From the NCBI GenBank assembly GCA_035381305.1, contig DAOSYK010000004.1, positions 9,948-73,947 of the forward strand: a DNA stretch of 64,000 bases, in the 5' to 3' direction. The notes beneath the pieces are model-generated. The model was not told the DNA's origin. It saw only the letters and a program-made list of their open reading frames with translations, and did no database searches. The DNA is from Clostridia bacterium. Lineage in GTDB: Bacteria; Bacillota; Clostridia; Christensenellales; DTU072. Made by a program: the position numbers and the translations under genes. Of the stretch, positions 46,577 to 56,021 are shown in pieces (the stretch's first letter is position 1; each line of letters opens with the position of its first letter).

Positions 46577-47263
46577 ATGAAACTTACCGTCATCGGCAGA
46601 TACGGTCCTTACGCCAAGGGCGGAGGCGCGACGAGCTGCTACCTTGTGGAAGAGAAGAATACCCGCATAGTGCTCGATATGGGCGCGGGGACGTTGTCCC
46701 GCCTGCTTTCCCGAGTGGACATACGGGACATAGACGCAATTTTCATCTCCCACCTGCACTATGACCATACCAGTGATTTATTGCCGTTACGGTACCTGTT
46801 GGACGAAGTCGGGGTACCCATAACGATATATACGAACTATTCCGAGGGCGAATGGTACAGACTGCTTTTCACCCATCCGCTGATAAATGCGGTCAACGTA
46901 GACGAAAATTCTGACATAACTTTGAAGGACGTCAGACTGTCGTTTTTTAAGCTCGAGCACCCCGTCACCGATTACGCGATTAAGATACAGAGCGAAAAGA
47001 CCATAGTATATACGGGCGACACGGTTTATTGTGACAACCTTATCAAAGCCGCCCGGGGAGCCGACCTCATTGTCGCCGACTGCGCCAAGCCCATCGGCTT
47101 TACGGGCCCGCACATGACTGTCGATAAGGCGGTGGAACTGTATAAGGAGACGGGCACAAAGATACTCGCAAGCCACCTTGGGGCAGATTATTCGCCCGAA
47201 GAGTATTTCCTGCCTTACCCCGACATACTCGTAGCCGAAGAAGGCTTTACTTACGAGGTGTAA
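46577..47263 (+). CDS. MBL-fold metallo-hydrolase
   Basis: 228 aa with the HLHYDHTSD (HxHxDH) motif and a GGGAGG RBS. Confidence 0.8.
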   Translation: MKLTVIGRYGPYAKGGGATSCYLVEEKNTRIVLDMGAGTLSRLLSRVDIRDIDAIFISHLHYDHTSDLLPLRYLLDEVGVPITIYTNYSEGEWYRLLFTHPLINAVNVDENSDITLKDVRLSFFKLEHPVTDYAIKIQSEKTIVYTGDTVYCDNLIKAARGADLIVADCAKPIGFTGPHMTVDKAVELYKETGTKILASHLGADYSPEEYFLPYPDILVAEEGFTYEV

Positions 47264-47914
47264 ATGGAGATACTTGTTACCGCCCACGGCGGAGCGCATA
47301 AGACTTTTCGAAACAGCAAGCGGTTTTTTGCCCACATCGCGGATTGGAACGTCGACGTCATCGAGGTAGACATCTGGAAATGCGGAAAACGGCTTTACCT
47401 GTCCCACCTGCCCGGACCGCCCTTTTTGAGACTTCCCCTCAGGTATGCATTCCGCTTTATTAAAGAGCATGATTTCAAAATAAACTGCGACGTAAAGCAG
47501 AAGGGACTGGTTAAACACGTGCTTGACCTTGCCAAAGCCGAAGGCGTTGTCGACAGGATAATCTTTACCGGAAGCGTGTCGGAGAAAGATATCCCCCGCC
47601 TCACCGAGGGCGAAGTCTACCTCAACAAATCCTTTTTCGGGATTAACGCACCCAAAGTATCGGACGTTAAGACAATGGCAGAGAAAATTATGAAGTTCGG
47701 CTGTCCGCAGATTAAGGGCATTAACCTTAAATACACCTTTCTGACAGAAGAATTCCTTGACGAGTGCGAAAAATACGGGCTGGTCGTTTCGGCGTTTGTC
47801 GTCGACGAGGACGCCGAAGTCGAAAGGCTGTTACAGCGCAGAATTATCGTCAACATAACTTCCAACTACCCCGAGTTAATACTTGAAAGACTTGAAAGGA
47901 ACACCAAAAAATGA
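47264..47914 (+). CDS. divergent glycerophosphodiester-phosphodiesterase-like (GDPD/TIM-barrel) protein
   Basis: 216 aa. VTAHGGA stands in place of the usual AHRG motif, with IEVDIW (E-x-D) and a C-terminal ITSNYPE. The ATG directly abuts the preceding stop. Confidence 0.45.
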   Translation: MEILVTAHGGAHKTFRNSKRFFAHIADWNVDVIEVDIWKCGKRLYLSHLPGPPFLRLPLRYAFRFIKEHDFKINCDVKQKGLVKHVLDLAKAEGVVDRIIFTGSVSEKDIPRLTEGEVYLNKSFFGINAPKVSDVKTMAEKIMKFGCPQIKGINLKYTFLTEEFLDECEKYGLVVSAFVVDEDAEVERLLQRRIIVNITSNYPELILERLERNTKK

Positions 47915-48798
47915 AAAAACAATACGACACCTTGGTCATCGGGCACATTTCCCTCGACTACAACATCGACTATCTTGACAATCTCATAATCGAGACGGGC
48001 GGCGCTGTCATATACTCGAGCGCGGCGGCAAAAGCAAGCGGCTATAAGACGGGCGTGGTCACCAAGCTCGCCGAAAACGATAAGAAGCGTTTGGACACTT
48101 TTGTAATCGACAAAGAGGATATTTTCTTTATCCCTTCTTCTAAATCTACCTCGATAAGAAACAAGTACTTTACTGCCGACAAGGAGAAAAGGAAGTGCAC
48201 CTGCATCTCTCAAGCCGACCCGTTTACTATCGATGATATCCCCGACGCGGACAGCAAAATCTACCACCTCGCGGGGCTTATCTACGGCGACTTTGACGGA
48301 GAGCTTATAAAGGCTCTCGCAAAACGCGGCGCGGTTGCAGTGGACGTGCAGGCGTTTTTACGTCACGCAAGCGGCGACAACACCGAAATGTACTTTGAGG
48401 ACTGGAAGGAGAAGAAAGAGCTACTGCCCTACATCACTTATTTCAAAACCGACGCCGCCGAGGCCGAGATCCTCACAGGTCAAAGCGACCGCAAAAAAGC
48501 GGCGGAGATGTTTATCGAATGGGGCGCCAAGGAAGTGGTAATAACTCACAACACCGAAGTCCTCGCTTACGACGGCAAGACCATGGCGACCTGCCCGATA
48601 AAAGCGCGAAACCTCTCGGGACGCAGCGGAAGGGGCGACACGACCTTTGCCGCGTACATAACCGAAAGGCTTAACGCCGACCTTGAAAACGCTCTCCTCT
48701 GGGCGACTGCGACGGTAAGCAACAAGATGGAAAAGGTGGGACCATATAAGGGAAACCGCGCCACGATTCAAGCCTATATCGACAAATTTTACAAGTAA
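47911..48798 (+). CDS. PfkB-family sugar/sugar-phosphate kinase
   Basis: 295 aa with a ribokinase-like fold pattern and the C-terminal motif GRGDTTFAAY. It overlaps the previous gene by 4 nt. Confidence 0.75.
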   Translation: MKKQYDTLVIGHISLDYNIDYLDNLIIETGGAVIYSSAAAKASGYKTGVVTKLAENDKKRLDTFVIDKEDIFFIPSSKSTSIRNKYFTADKEKRKCTCISQADPFTIDDIPDADSKIYHLAGLIYGDFDGELIKALAKRGAVAVDVQAFLRHASGDNTEMYFEDWKEKKELLPYITYFKTDAAEAEILTGQSDRKKAAEMFIEWGAKEVVITHNTEVLAYDGKTMATCPIKARNLSGRSGRGDTTFAAYITERLNADLENALLWATATVSNKMEKVGPYKGNRATIQAYIDKFYK

Positions 48799-48816
48799 TC
48801 TTAATTATTACGGACA

Positions 48817-48849
48817 ACAAAAAAGCGCAAGGGTCTCCTTGCGCTTTTT
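48817..48849. terminator. bidirectional rho-independent terminator
   Basis: AAAAAAAA-GCGCAAGG-GTCT-CCTTGCGC-TTTTT between convergent genes. Confidence 0.8.
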
Positions 48850-48868
48850 GTTTTGGTTGTTTCCGTTA

Positions 48869-50119
48869 TTACTTACCCGCGTCGTAGTCCTCGATGGCCT
48901 GTACGGTGACTGCAAAGCAGTCTGCGAGGCAGTCTAAGTCAAGGTTGTCATAGGTATCGCGCCTTGTGTGGTAGTAGTTTTTGAGGTTGTGGTCCATGGC
49001 GGTGATACCTACCGACTTGAATCCGCCCTGATTAAACGCGGCGGCATCGGTGGAACCGAACGGAACGGTACCCTTGCTGCAGGTGATGCCGAGCTTATCT
49101 GCGGCGTTCTTAAAGAGGTCTATCGCGTGAGGGTCGGCGTCTACGCTGGAGTTGAGGTCCTTGACGTTGACCGAGAGGAATTTTGCCTCGTGGATGGTGT
49201 CAAAGGCGTAAATTAACGTCTCCACATCCTTATAATCGTCGGCGTGAACTTTGCACCACTCTTTGGCGCCGCGGAGTCCCGCCTCTTCGCTTCCCGAAAT
49301 GATAACGCCGACTTCGGTATTTTCGAGTTCTACATTGTTGTCCTTAAGAGCCTTCATCACGGCTATGCCCATATAGCAGCCGGAGAGGTTGTCATTGGCA
49401 CCGTCAACGCACATATCGTCATTCCAGAGAATGAACAGCGCGAGCCAGAAGGGAAGGAAGGCAAATGCGCCCAAACCGAGTTCTGTCACAAGGGGAAGAT
49501 TTATTCCCTGCGCGGCCTGAACAGAGGGGAAGAAAGCGGCGATAAGTACGGCTACGAGATAGCCTACGCCGATTATGCTTATAAAGAAGTGCGCTATAAA
49601 GCCGATTCCGCCGAGGAGATAGTTAAATGTCCACTCGCCCGCGGCATCGGGATGTCCGTTAAGGAATATTCTTCTCTTTACTTCGCCTGTGGGCTTTTTG
49701 ACGGCGGTCACGTTATAGGACGTTTTTTCGGGGAAGATTTTGTCCACGACCTTTCTGTACATTATGAATTCGCCTATCATGAGCACGAATCCGATTGCGA
49801 TAAAGGCAAGCGCTATGGCTTTTGCCCAGATGGCGTTGTTGAGATAAACGCCTACAAAATAGAGCGCGAAAGCGGCAAGCAGCAAGGTTACGGTTATGTA
49901 AATCCAGCCGTAGAACGCGCCTGGATTGAGTTTGAAGGGCTCAACCTTTACATCTTCGCAGCCGTACTCTTTGAGCTGCTCTGCCATGTACTCGCAGGCT
50001 TTCTTCTCGCCTTCGCTGCCGGGAAGGCGCTTTCCGAAGGTCTTTATGACCTTGGTGATTTCGTCCGCCATATAATTGGCGCTTTCAAGTTTTTTCTCTC
50101 TGATAGTGTCAAATCCCAT
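48869..50119 (-). CDS. membrane-embedded M28-family metallopeptidase
   Basis: 416 aa. M28 zinc-ligand regions (NGHPDAAG, DGANDNLSG, GSEEAGLRG, HTRRD) are interrupted by several hydrophobic helices. Confidence 0.75.
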   Translation of the reverse strand: MGFDTIREKKLESANYMADEITKVIKTFGKRLPGSEGEKKACEYMAEQLKEYGCEDVKVEPFKLNPGAFYGWIYITVTLLLAAFALYFVGVYLNNAIWAKAIALAFIAIGFVLMIGEFIMYRKVVDKIFPEKTSYNVTAVKKPTGEVKRRIFLNGHPDAAGEWTFNYLLGGIGFIAHFFISIIGVGYLVAVLIAAFFPSVQAAQGINLPLVTELGLGAFAFLPFWLALFILWNDDMCVDGANDNLSGCYMGIAVMKALKDNNVELENTEVGVIISGSEEAGLRGAKEWCKVHADDYKDVETLIYAFDTIHEAKFLSVNVKDLNSSVDADPHAIDLFKNAADKLGITCSKGTVPFGSTDAAAFNQGGFKSVGITAMDHNLKNYYHTRRDTYDNLDLDCLADCFAVTVQAIEDYDAGK

Positions 50120-50191
50120 TTTTATGCACCTCTGAAAGTTATTTTGATTGCCGTAAAGGCTTGAATGGCTTAAAAATTTTCAACATTCCAT

Positions 50192-50220
50192 ATTATAACA
50201 TATCGCGAATTTGCTTTCAA
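50192..50220 (-). promoter_or_regulatory. strong sigma-A type promoter for the M28 peptidase gene
   Basis: Minus strand reads TTGAAA (50215-50220)-17 nt-TGtTATAAT (attata 50192-50197). Confidence 0.6.
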
Positions 50221-50292
50221 CACCGAATTTTTACAAAATAAATATATCTTTTTTCGGGGCAAAATTCAAAAAATTTTTCGGCGCGAATTCGC

Positions 50293-50320
50293 CCAAAAAC
50301 AGCCTCGCACAAGCGAGGCT
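50293..50320 (-). terminator. terminator-like hairpin H1 (distal)
   Basis: Minus strand reads AGCCTCGC-TTGT-GCGAGGCT followed by GTTTTTG. Confidence 0.5.
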
Positions 50321-50332
50321 TGTCCTAATAAC

Positions 50333-50446
50333 AAAAGCTAACGGCTTTTTGGGGGCAAAATCTCGGGGGCTCCCCCGAAAAGCAATCGGCTTTTTGGGGG
50401 CAAAATCTCGGGGGCTCCCCCGAAAAGCAATCGGCTTTTTGGGGGC
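50333..50446. repeat. 45-bp direct tandem repeat, about 2.5 copies, highly structured
   Basis: The units at 50333-50377 and 50378-50422 differ at only 2-3 positions (aaaagc(t/a)a(a/t)cggctttttgggggcaaaatctcgggggctcccccg). A partial third unit lies at 50423-50446. Each unit contains G5/C5 and AAAAGC/GCTTTT self-complementary blocks. Confidence 0.9.
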
Positions 50447-50474
50447 TAAATTAAAGCCTCGCACTTGCGAGGCT
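50447..50474 (-). terminator. terminator-like hairpin H2 just after gcvPB
   Basis: Minus strand reads AGCCTCGC-AAGT-GCGAGGCT followed by TTAATTT. The stem is identical to that of H1. Confidence 0.5.
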
Positions 50475-50515
50475 TCACCTTATACTAAAAATGTTAGTCA
50501 AACATTTTTAGGGGG

Positions 50516-51925
50516 TCATCTTATCTTTGGATTCCTCGCCGCGTTGACTTCATCGGGGCGCGCAATACAGGCGTTTTTGGGCGTGTCTTTGACGTCCCCG
50601 GGGTTTTCGTACGCGCGCTTTATTATGTTCAGGATTTTTTGTGCCGCGTCGTCGAGTGTAGCCTTGCTCTCGGTTTCTGTCGGCTCGAACATCAGCGCCT
50701 CGTGGACAATGGACGGGAAGTACATAGTGGGCGCGTGCATGTCTTCGTCGAGCATCGCCTTGGCAACGTCCAGCGCGGTAACGCCCGTTTCGTCCTTAAG
50801 TTTTTGCATGGAAAGGACAAATTCGTGCATACAGCCCTGACCCTTTTTCCAGTCTATATCGGCAAGCAGGTGCTTTAAGTAGTTGGCGTTCAGCACGGCT
50901 TTTTGCGCGGCGTCCTTAATTCCGTCTGCTCCCAATGTCAGGATATAGGCGTAGGCTCTGACCAGCACAAGGAAATTGCCGTAAAAGCTCTTCACCTTGC
51001 CGATTGTGCGCGCGGGACGATAAAATTCGAATCTTTCGCCGTCTTTTCTGACAATCGGATAAGGTAAAAACTCGGCAAGAAAGTCCTTGCATCCCACTGG
51101 ACCCGCTCCCGGACCGCCGCCGCCGTGGGGTGTGGAAAAGGTCTTGTGGAGATTGATGTGCATGATGTCAAAACCCATATCCGCGGGACGCGCGATACCC
51201 ATTATCGCATTGAGGTTTGCGCCGTCGTAATACATAAGTCCGCCGCATCCGTGGACTATCTTTTCGATTTCGGCAATTTTCTCTTCGAAAATGCCCAAAG
51301 TACTGGGATTGGTCAGCATAAATCCCGCGGTGTCTTCGCCGCAGGCGTTTCTGAGCTCTTCGAGGTCGACGCCGCAGTCCTCGAGTGAAGGGATGTTTAT
51401 TATTTCAAAGCCCGCCAATGCCGCGCTTGCGGGGTTTGTGCCGTGCGCCGAATCGGGCACGATTATTTTGGTGCGGGCGTAGTCATGGCGGCTTAAGTGA
51501 TATGCGCGCATTATCATAAGTCCAGTCAGTTCGCCGTGGGCTCCCGCGGCAGGCTGAAGACTGAAGTTCATACCCGTGATTGCCTTTAGTTTTTCGTTAA
51601 GTCCATACATAAGTCCGAGACAGCCCTGAACATTGTCCTGAGTCGGGTGAATCTCGGTAAAGCCGTCTAAGCCTACGACGACTTCATTAATCTTCGGGTT
51701 GTATTTCATCGTGCACGAGCCCAAGGGGTAAAAACCGTTATCCACGCCGAAGGCTTTTCGCGAAAGTTCGGTATAATGCCTCACCACGTCGATTTCGGCA
51801 ACTTCGGGTAATTCGGACTTTGTCTGTGTAAGATAAGCTCCGTCGAGTTTATATTCGGGAATAGTGAGGGGCGGGAGTTCAAAGCCCCTTCTTCCTGTTT
51901 CGCTTCTTTCAAAAATCGTCAGCAT
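50516..51925 (-). CDS. gcvPB: glycine dehydrogenase (aminomethyl-transferring) subunit 2
   Basis: 469 aa with the PLP-lysine region HINLHKTFSTPHGGGGPG. Confidence 0.93.
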   Translation of the reverse strand: MLTIFERSETGRRGFELPPLTIPEYKLDGAYLTQTKSELPEVAEIDVVRHYTELSRKAFGVDNGFYPLGSCTMKYNPKINEVVVGLDGFTEIHPTQDNVQGCLGLMYGLNEKLKAITGMNFSLQPAAGAHGELTGLMIMRAYHLSRHDYARTKIIVPDSAHGTNPASAALAGFEIINIPSLEDCGVDLEELRNACGEDTAGFMLTNPSTLGIFEEKIAEIEKIVHGCGGLMYYDGANLNAIMGIARPADMGFDIMHINLHKTFSTPHGGGGPGAGPVGCKDFLAEFLPYPIVRKDGERFEFYRPARTIGKVKSFYGNFLVLVRAYAYILTLGADGIKDAAQKAVLNANYLKHLLADIDWKKGQGCMHEFVLSMQKLKDETGVTALDVAKAMLDEDMHAPTMYFPSIVHEALMFEPTETESKATLDDAAQKILNIIKRAYENPGDVKDTPKNACIARPDEVNAARNPKIR

Positions 51926-53235
51926 ACAACCTCCCCGATTATCCCGGCGGCTCTGTCTATGTCGTCCTTATTTACCGTTTCGGTGGCGCACCAAAGTATT
52001 TCCTTGTCGTTAAGTTTAAGCCCGCCCAAAATTCCCCTCTTGTCAAGGCTGTCGAGGATAACGTCTGATTGGGTTTCGGAGACAGTCACAAACTCGTTGA
52101 AAAATTCTCCCGAATATTTCGGCTTAAAGCCAAAGCTTACAAGGCGGTCTTTTAGGTAGTGGGCGTTGCTTGTGCACGCTGTGGCAACGTCTTTAAGTCC
52201 CTTTTCGCCCATAGCGGCAAGATACATCGCCGCCCTGAGTGCGCAATGGGCCTGGTTTGTGCAGATGTTGCTGCTCGCCTTCTCGCGGCGTATGTGCTGC
52301 TCTCTTGCCTGAAGGGTAAGGACGTAAGCGCGCTGTCCGTTCTTATCCACGGTCTCGCCCACAATTCTCCCCGGCAATTTTCTCATCATAGCCTTTGTAG
52401 TAGCCATAAATCCGAGATACGGACCCCCAAACGCCATATTTAAGCCAAGCGGCTGACCTTCGCCCACGGCGATGTCGGCGCCGCACTCGGCAGGTTTTCT
52501 GAGCAATCCGAGGGCTATCGGATAGCAGCCCATAACAAACTTCGCGCCCGCTGTATGGGCAATTTCGCCTATCGCGGTTGCGTCGTCAATTACGCCGTTA
52601 TAAGCAGGCTGTTCGATATAGACCGCGGCCGTTGTTTCGTCGATGATATTTTTCAGCGCGTCAGGGTCGGTCTTTCCGTCTATCGTGCCCGCGGCGACGA
52701 CAATCTCCATATTGGTAAGGTAGGTTCTCATAACGCTAAGCGTGTCGGGCTTGATAAAGGGCGACACTATGAGCTTGTTGCGGGTCTTCTCCCTGCACAT
52801 CAGCGCGGCCTCGGCGGCGGCTGACGCGCCGTCATAGTGGGAGGCGTTGCTCGCTTCCATACCCGTTATCGCGCAGATCATACTCTGAAACTCGAATATC
52901 GACTGCAAAATGCCTTGGCTTATCTCGGCCTGGTAGGGCGTGTAAGCGGTAAGAAACTCCGACCTTTCCGAAAGCTTCCTTACCGCGGCGGGTATGTAGT
53001 GGCTGTATGCGCCCGCGCCCCGCAAAATGACGGGATAAACCTTGTTTTTTGCGGCAAGGTGTTTTATAACTTTCTCAACTTCCATCTGGGAAAGCCCTTT
53101 TTCCATTTCCGGCTCTCTTGCGAGAAACTCGCGCGGAATCGACGAGTATAATTCGTCAAGACGCGACAGTCCGAGGGCTTTTAACATTTCCTCAGCTTCC
53201 CGCTCTGTGTGCGGTGTGTAGACGGACATAATCAC
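51919..53235 (-). CDS. gcvPA: glycine dehydrogenase subunit 1
   Basis: 438 aa. A GcvPA-like sequence (…YTPYQAEISQG…) that overlaps gcvPB by 7 nt. Confidence 0.92.
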   Translation of the reverse strand: MIMSVYTPHTEREAEEMLKALGLSRLDELYSSIPREFLAREPEMEKGLSQMEVEKVIKHLAAKNKVYPVILRGAGAYSHYIPAAVRKLSERSEFLTAYTPYQAEISQGILQSIFEFQSMICAITGMEASNASHYDGASAAAEAALMCREKTRNKLIVSPFIKPDTLSVMRTYLTNMEIVVAAGTIDGKTDPDALKNIIDETTAAVYIEQPAYNGVIDDATAIGEIAHTAGAKFVMGCYPIALGLLRKPAECGADIAVGEGQPLGLNMAFGGPYLGFMATTKAMMRKLPGRIVGETVDKNGQRAYVLTLQAREQHIRREKASSNICTNQAHCALRAAMYLAAMGEKGLKDVATACTSNAHYLKDRLVSFGFKPKYSGEFFNEFVTVSETQSDVILDSLDKRGILGGLKLNDKEILWCATETVNKDDIDRAAGIIGEVVC

Positions 53236-53238
53236 TCC

Positions 53239-53589
53239 TTATTTTTGAATAAGCTTTTGGTACTCCTCTTGGGAAATAAGTTCGCTTGTGGCTTCGATTT
53301 CGGCTTTAATAAACCACGCGTTGAAAGCGTTGGCGTTAATAAGTTCGGGACTGTCGGCAATCTCGGAGTTGACCTCGATTACTTTGCCTGTAACGGGGGA
53401 AAGCACGGGGGATACCGCCTTAACCGATTCCACCTCGGCAAAAGCCTCGTCTGCGTTCAGCGCGTCACCTATTTCGGGAAGCTGGACGTAAACGATGTCG
53501 CCCATTTCACTTGCCGCATAGTCGGAAATTCCGATAGTTGCGACATTGCCTTCGATTTTTACCCATTCGTGAGTAGCAGTAAATTTCAT
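53239..53589 (-). CDS. gcvH: glycine cleavage system H protein
   Basis: 116 aa with the lipoyl-lysine motif ESVKAVS. Confidence 0.93.
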   Translation of the reverse strand: MKFTATHEWVKIEGNVATIGISDYAASEMGDIVYVQLPEIGDALNADEAFAEVESVKAVSPVLSPVTGKVIEVNSEIADSPELINANAFNAWFIKAEIEATSELISQEEYQKLIQK

Positions 53590-53608
53590 GTTGCTTGTTA
53601 TCTCCTTT

Positions 53609-54685
53609 TTATTGTCCTCTTTTATAAAACGGCATAGCCGTGATTTCCGCTTTCAGTCTTCTGCCTCTGACGTCGATAAACGCGTCTTTTAGAAAGCCTT
53701 TAACAACGCGCGCCATGGCATACGAGCCGCCCAAGGTCACGCACACGCCGCCCGAGGTCGTCTGCCCGATAAGCTTTCCGCCCTCGTCAAAGATGTCGCA
53801 GTGCTCCCGCGCGATACCCTTATCGATGAGCTTTAGCCCAATTCTTTCATACTTCGGAGGATGGGCAACAAGCGCGTCTTTCCCGATAAAATCAACGTCG
53901 TACTTTATGAACGCATCCAACCCCACTTCGTGGGCTTTGGTTTCGGCACTAAGTTCGTGCCCATACAGCGGCATACTGCTTTCAAACCGCAACGTGTCCC
54001 TCGCGCCCAGTCCCGCAGGCTCGATGCCGTATGCTTCGCCCTCGGCAAGGAGCTTTTTATAAATGTAAACGACGTCACCAGGCGCGCAGAAGATTTCATA
54101 ACCCTTTTCGCCCGTGTAGCCCGTCGTTGAGACAAGGCAGTTTTTGCCGCCGACGTTTATATCGCGGCCAAAATAATAACTTTTTGCCGGGAGCAGGCTT
54201 ATATCGGTAAGTTTCGCGATAACCTTTTCGGCGTTGGGTCCTTGTAAGGCAATCAGCGCGGTTTGCTCGGAAATATCCGAAACTTCCGCCATATTTCCGA
54301 TATGGGAATATATCCAGTCGAAGTCTTTTTCGATATTTGCGGCGTTTACCACAAGCATGAAATGTTCGTCATCGAATTTGTAAATGAGAAGGTCGTCCAC
54401 TATCCCGCCGTCTTCGTACAGCATCAGCGTATAGCGGCATTGACCTTCCTTCATGGTGTCGACACGGTTTGTAACGATTGTTTGCAACGCCGCGGCGGCG
54501 TTTTTGCCTCTGATGACAAATTCACCCATATGCGACACGTCGAAAAGCCCGACGCTGTTTCTTACGACGTTGTGCTCGGCGATGATGCCTTGCGCGTATT
54601 GGACGGGAAGGTCGAACCCTCCGAATTCCACGATTTTTCCTCCTAAGCGAACGTGCAAATCATATAACGGCGTTTTCTTGCCCAT
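53609..54685 (-). CDS. gcvT: glycine cleavage system aminomethyltransferase T
   Basis: The start was set at MGKKTPLYDLH, after a GGGAGG RBS. It has a GcvT-like pattern (FGGFDLPVQY…, DVSHMGEF). Confidence 0.9.
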   Translation of the reverse strand: MGKKTPLYDLHVRLGGKIVEFGGFDLPVQYAQGIIAEHNVVRNSVGLFDVSHMGEFVIRGKNAAAALQTIVTNRVDTMKEGQCRYTLMLYEDGGIVDDLLIYKFDDEHFMLVVNAANIEKDFDWIYSHIGNMAEVSDISEQTALIALQGPNAEKVIAKLTDISLLPAKSYYFGRDINVGGKNCLVSTTGYTGEKGYEIFCAPGDVVYIYKKLLAEGEAYGIEPAGLGARDTLRFESSMPLYGHELSAETKAHEVGLDAFIKYDVDFIGKDALVAHPPKYERIGLKLIDKGIAREHCDIFDEGGKLIGQTTSGGVCVTLGGSYAMARVVKGFLKDAFIDVRGRRLKAEITAMPFYKRGQ

Positions 54686-54689
54686 AAGT

Positions 54690-56021
54690 TTATTCCTCCC
54701 TGTGTTTTTCAGCGTCAAGCGCGCTCAGCCTTACCGCCTCGGAAAAAGACGGATGAGGGTGAATGGTCCTGATTATGTCCTGAGCGGTCAGTTTGTTGAC
54801 AACGGCAAGGGCGATTTCGGCGATAAGTTCGGACGCCTTGTCCCCGACTATCGTTCCGCCCGTAATTACGCCTTCGGCGTTGATAACGGTCTTTACGAAT
54901 CCCGCCGTTTCGTCCTCGGCACACGCCTTGCCGTTGGCAATGAAATACGCCTTGCCGCTGATAAGATCTTCGCCGTCACACCTTCCCGCCCACGCTATTT
55001 CGGGGCTTGTGTAAACAACCCCGGGAACGCAGTTAAGGTCGAAGGTCCCCTTCCCCGCAATACGTTCGGCAACCGCCACCCCTTGCGCTTCGGCGTAGTG
55101 CGCAAGCTTAATTCCGCTTCCCGCATCGCCGATGCAATATATATTCTTGACGGCTGTTCTGAATGTTTCGTCCACGACGATTTTGCCGTCTTTTAGGGCA
55201 ACGTCGGTCCTGTCCAGACGTAACGATGCGATTTCGGTCTCTCTGCCAACTGCCGATATGACAAAATCGGCTGTAAACGCTTTTTCGGAGCCGTTTACAA
55301 TTGCCCAAACTTCGTACTTTTCGTTCTTCTTTATCCCGGTGACTTTGGCGTCTGTGTAGATTTTTACGCCCTTTTTCTTAAATTGCATGATAAACGCGCT
55401 TACCGCGTCATTGTCAACCTTCGGGAGAATTTTCGGAGCGTATTCGAGAATGGTGACGTTTTTGCCAAGATCGGCATAAAACGAGGCAAATTCCAGCCCG
55501 ATGACGCCGCCGCCCACTATGAGAATGTCGTTCCCGTCCACAGGGTCGGCAAGCACTTTGTCGGAGTCGAGCGCATGCTCGCCGCCAGCGACGGCAAGAT
55601 GAGCGGGGACCGAGCCGATTGCGATTATGATATACAGCGCCTTGATTTCCCGACCGTTGACGTCGAGCGTGTGATTGTCGACAAAAGTTGCTTCGCCTTG
55701 GACAAAATCGACGCCGCTTTTTCTTATCAGCAGTTCCACGCCCTTTCTTAATTTTTCCACCACTTTATTTTTGTGCCCGTATATGTCGGAAAGATTATAG
55801 GATAAGTTTTCGCAAGATACGCCCAGTTTTTCGCCGTCCGACACTTGCCTGTAAAGGTGGGCGAACTTAAGAAGGCACTTTGTGGGTATGCAACCGCGGT
55901 TTAAGCACGTGCCGCCCGCTTCGCCCTTTTCAATGAGCGCGGTTTTAAGCCCGAGTTCTGCGGCTTTCAACGCGGCGTTGTAACCCGCGGGACCTGCCCC
56001 TATTATCGCTACATCGTACAT
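54690..56021 (-). CDS. lpdA: dihydrolipoyl dehydrogenase
   Basis: 443 aa with N-terminal GAGPAGY, the redox-active disulfide GGTCLNRGCIPTK, and a C-terminal HPHPSFSE motif. Confidence 0.9.
   Translation of the reverse strand: MYDVAIIGAGPAGYNAALKAAELGLKTALIEKGEAGGTCLNRGCIPTKCLLKFAHLYRQVSDGEKLGVSCENLSYNLSDIYGHKNKVVEKLRKGVELLIRKSGVDFVQGEATFVDNHTLDVNGREIKALYIIIAIGSVPAHLAVAGGEHALDSDKVLADPVDGNDILIVGGGVIGLEFASFYADLGKNVTILEYAPKILPKVDNDAVSAFIMQFKKKGVKIYTDAKVTGIKKNEKYEVWAIVNGSEKAFTADFVISAVGRETEIASLRLDRTDVALKDGKIVVDETFRTAVKNIYCIGDAGSGIKLAHYAEAQGVAVAERIAGKGTFDLNCVPGVVYTSPEIAWAGRCDGEDLISGKAYFIANGKACAEDETAGFVKTVINAEGVITGGTIVGDKASELIAEIALAVVNKLTAQDIIRTIHPHPSFSEAVRLSALDAEKHREE

Noticed and set aside
50211-50840. 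ORFs 50211..50840 (+) and 50231..50464 (-), encoding repeated peptides such as FLGAKSRGLPRKAIG.
   Set aside because: The peptide repeat is simply the translation of the 45-bp DNA tandem repeat. The plus ORF then runs antisense into gcvPB. There is no RBS, and the region is flanked by terminator hairpins and a promoter.
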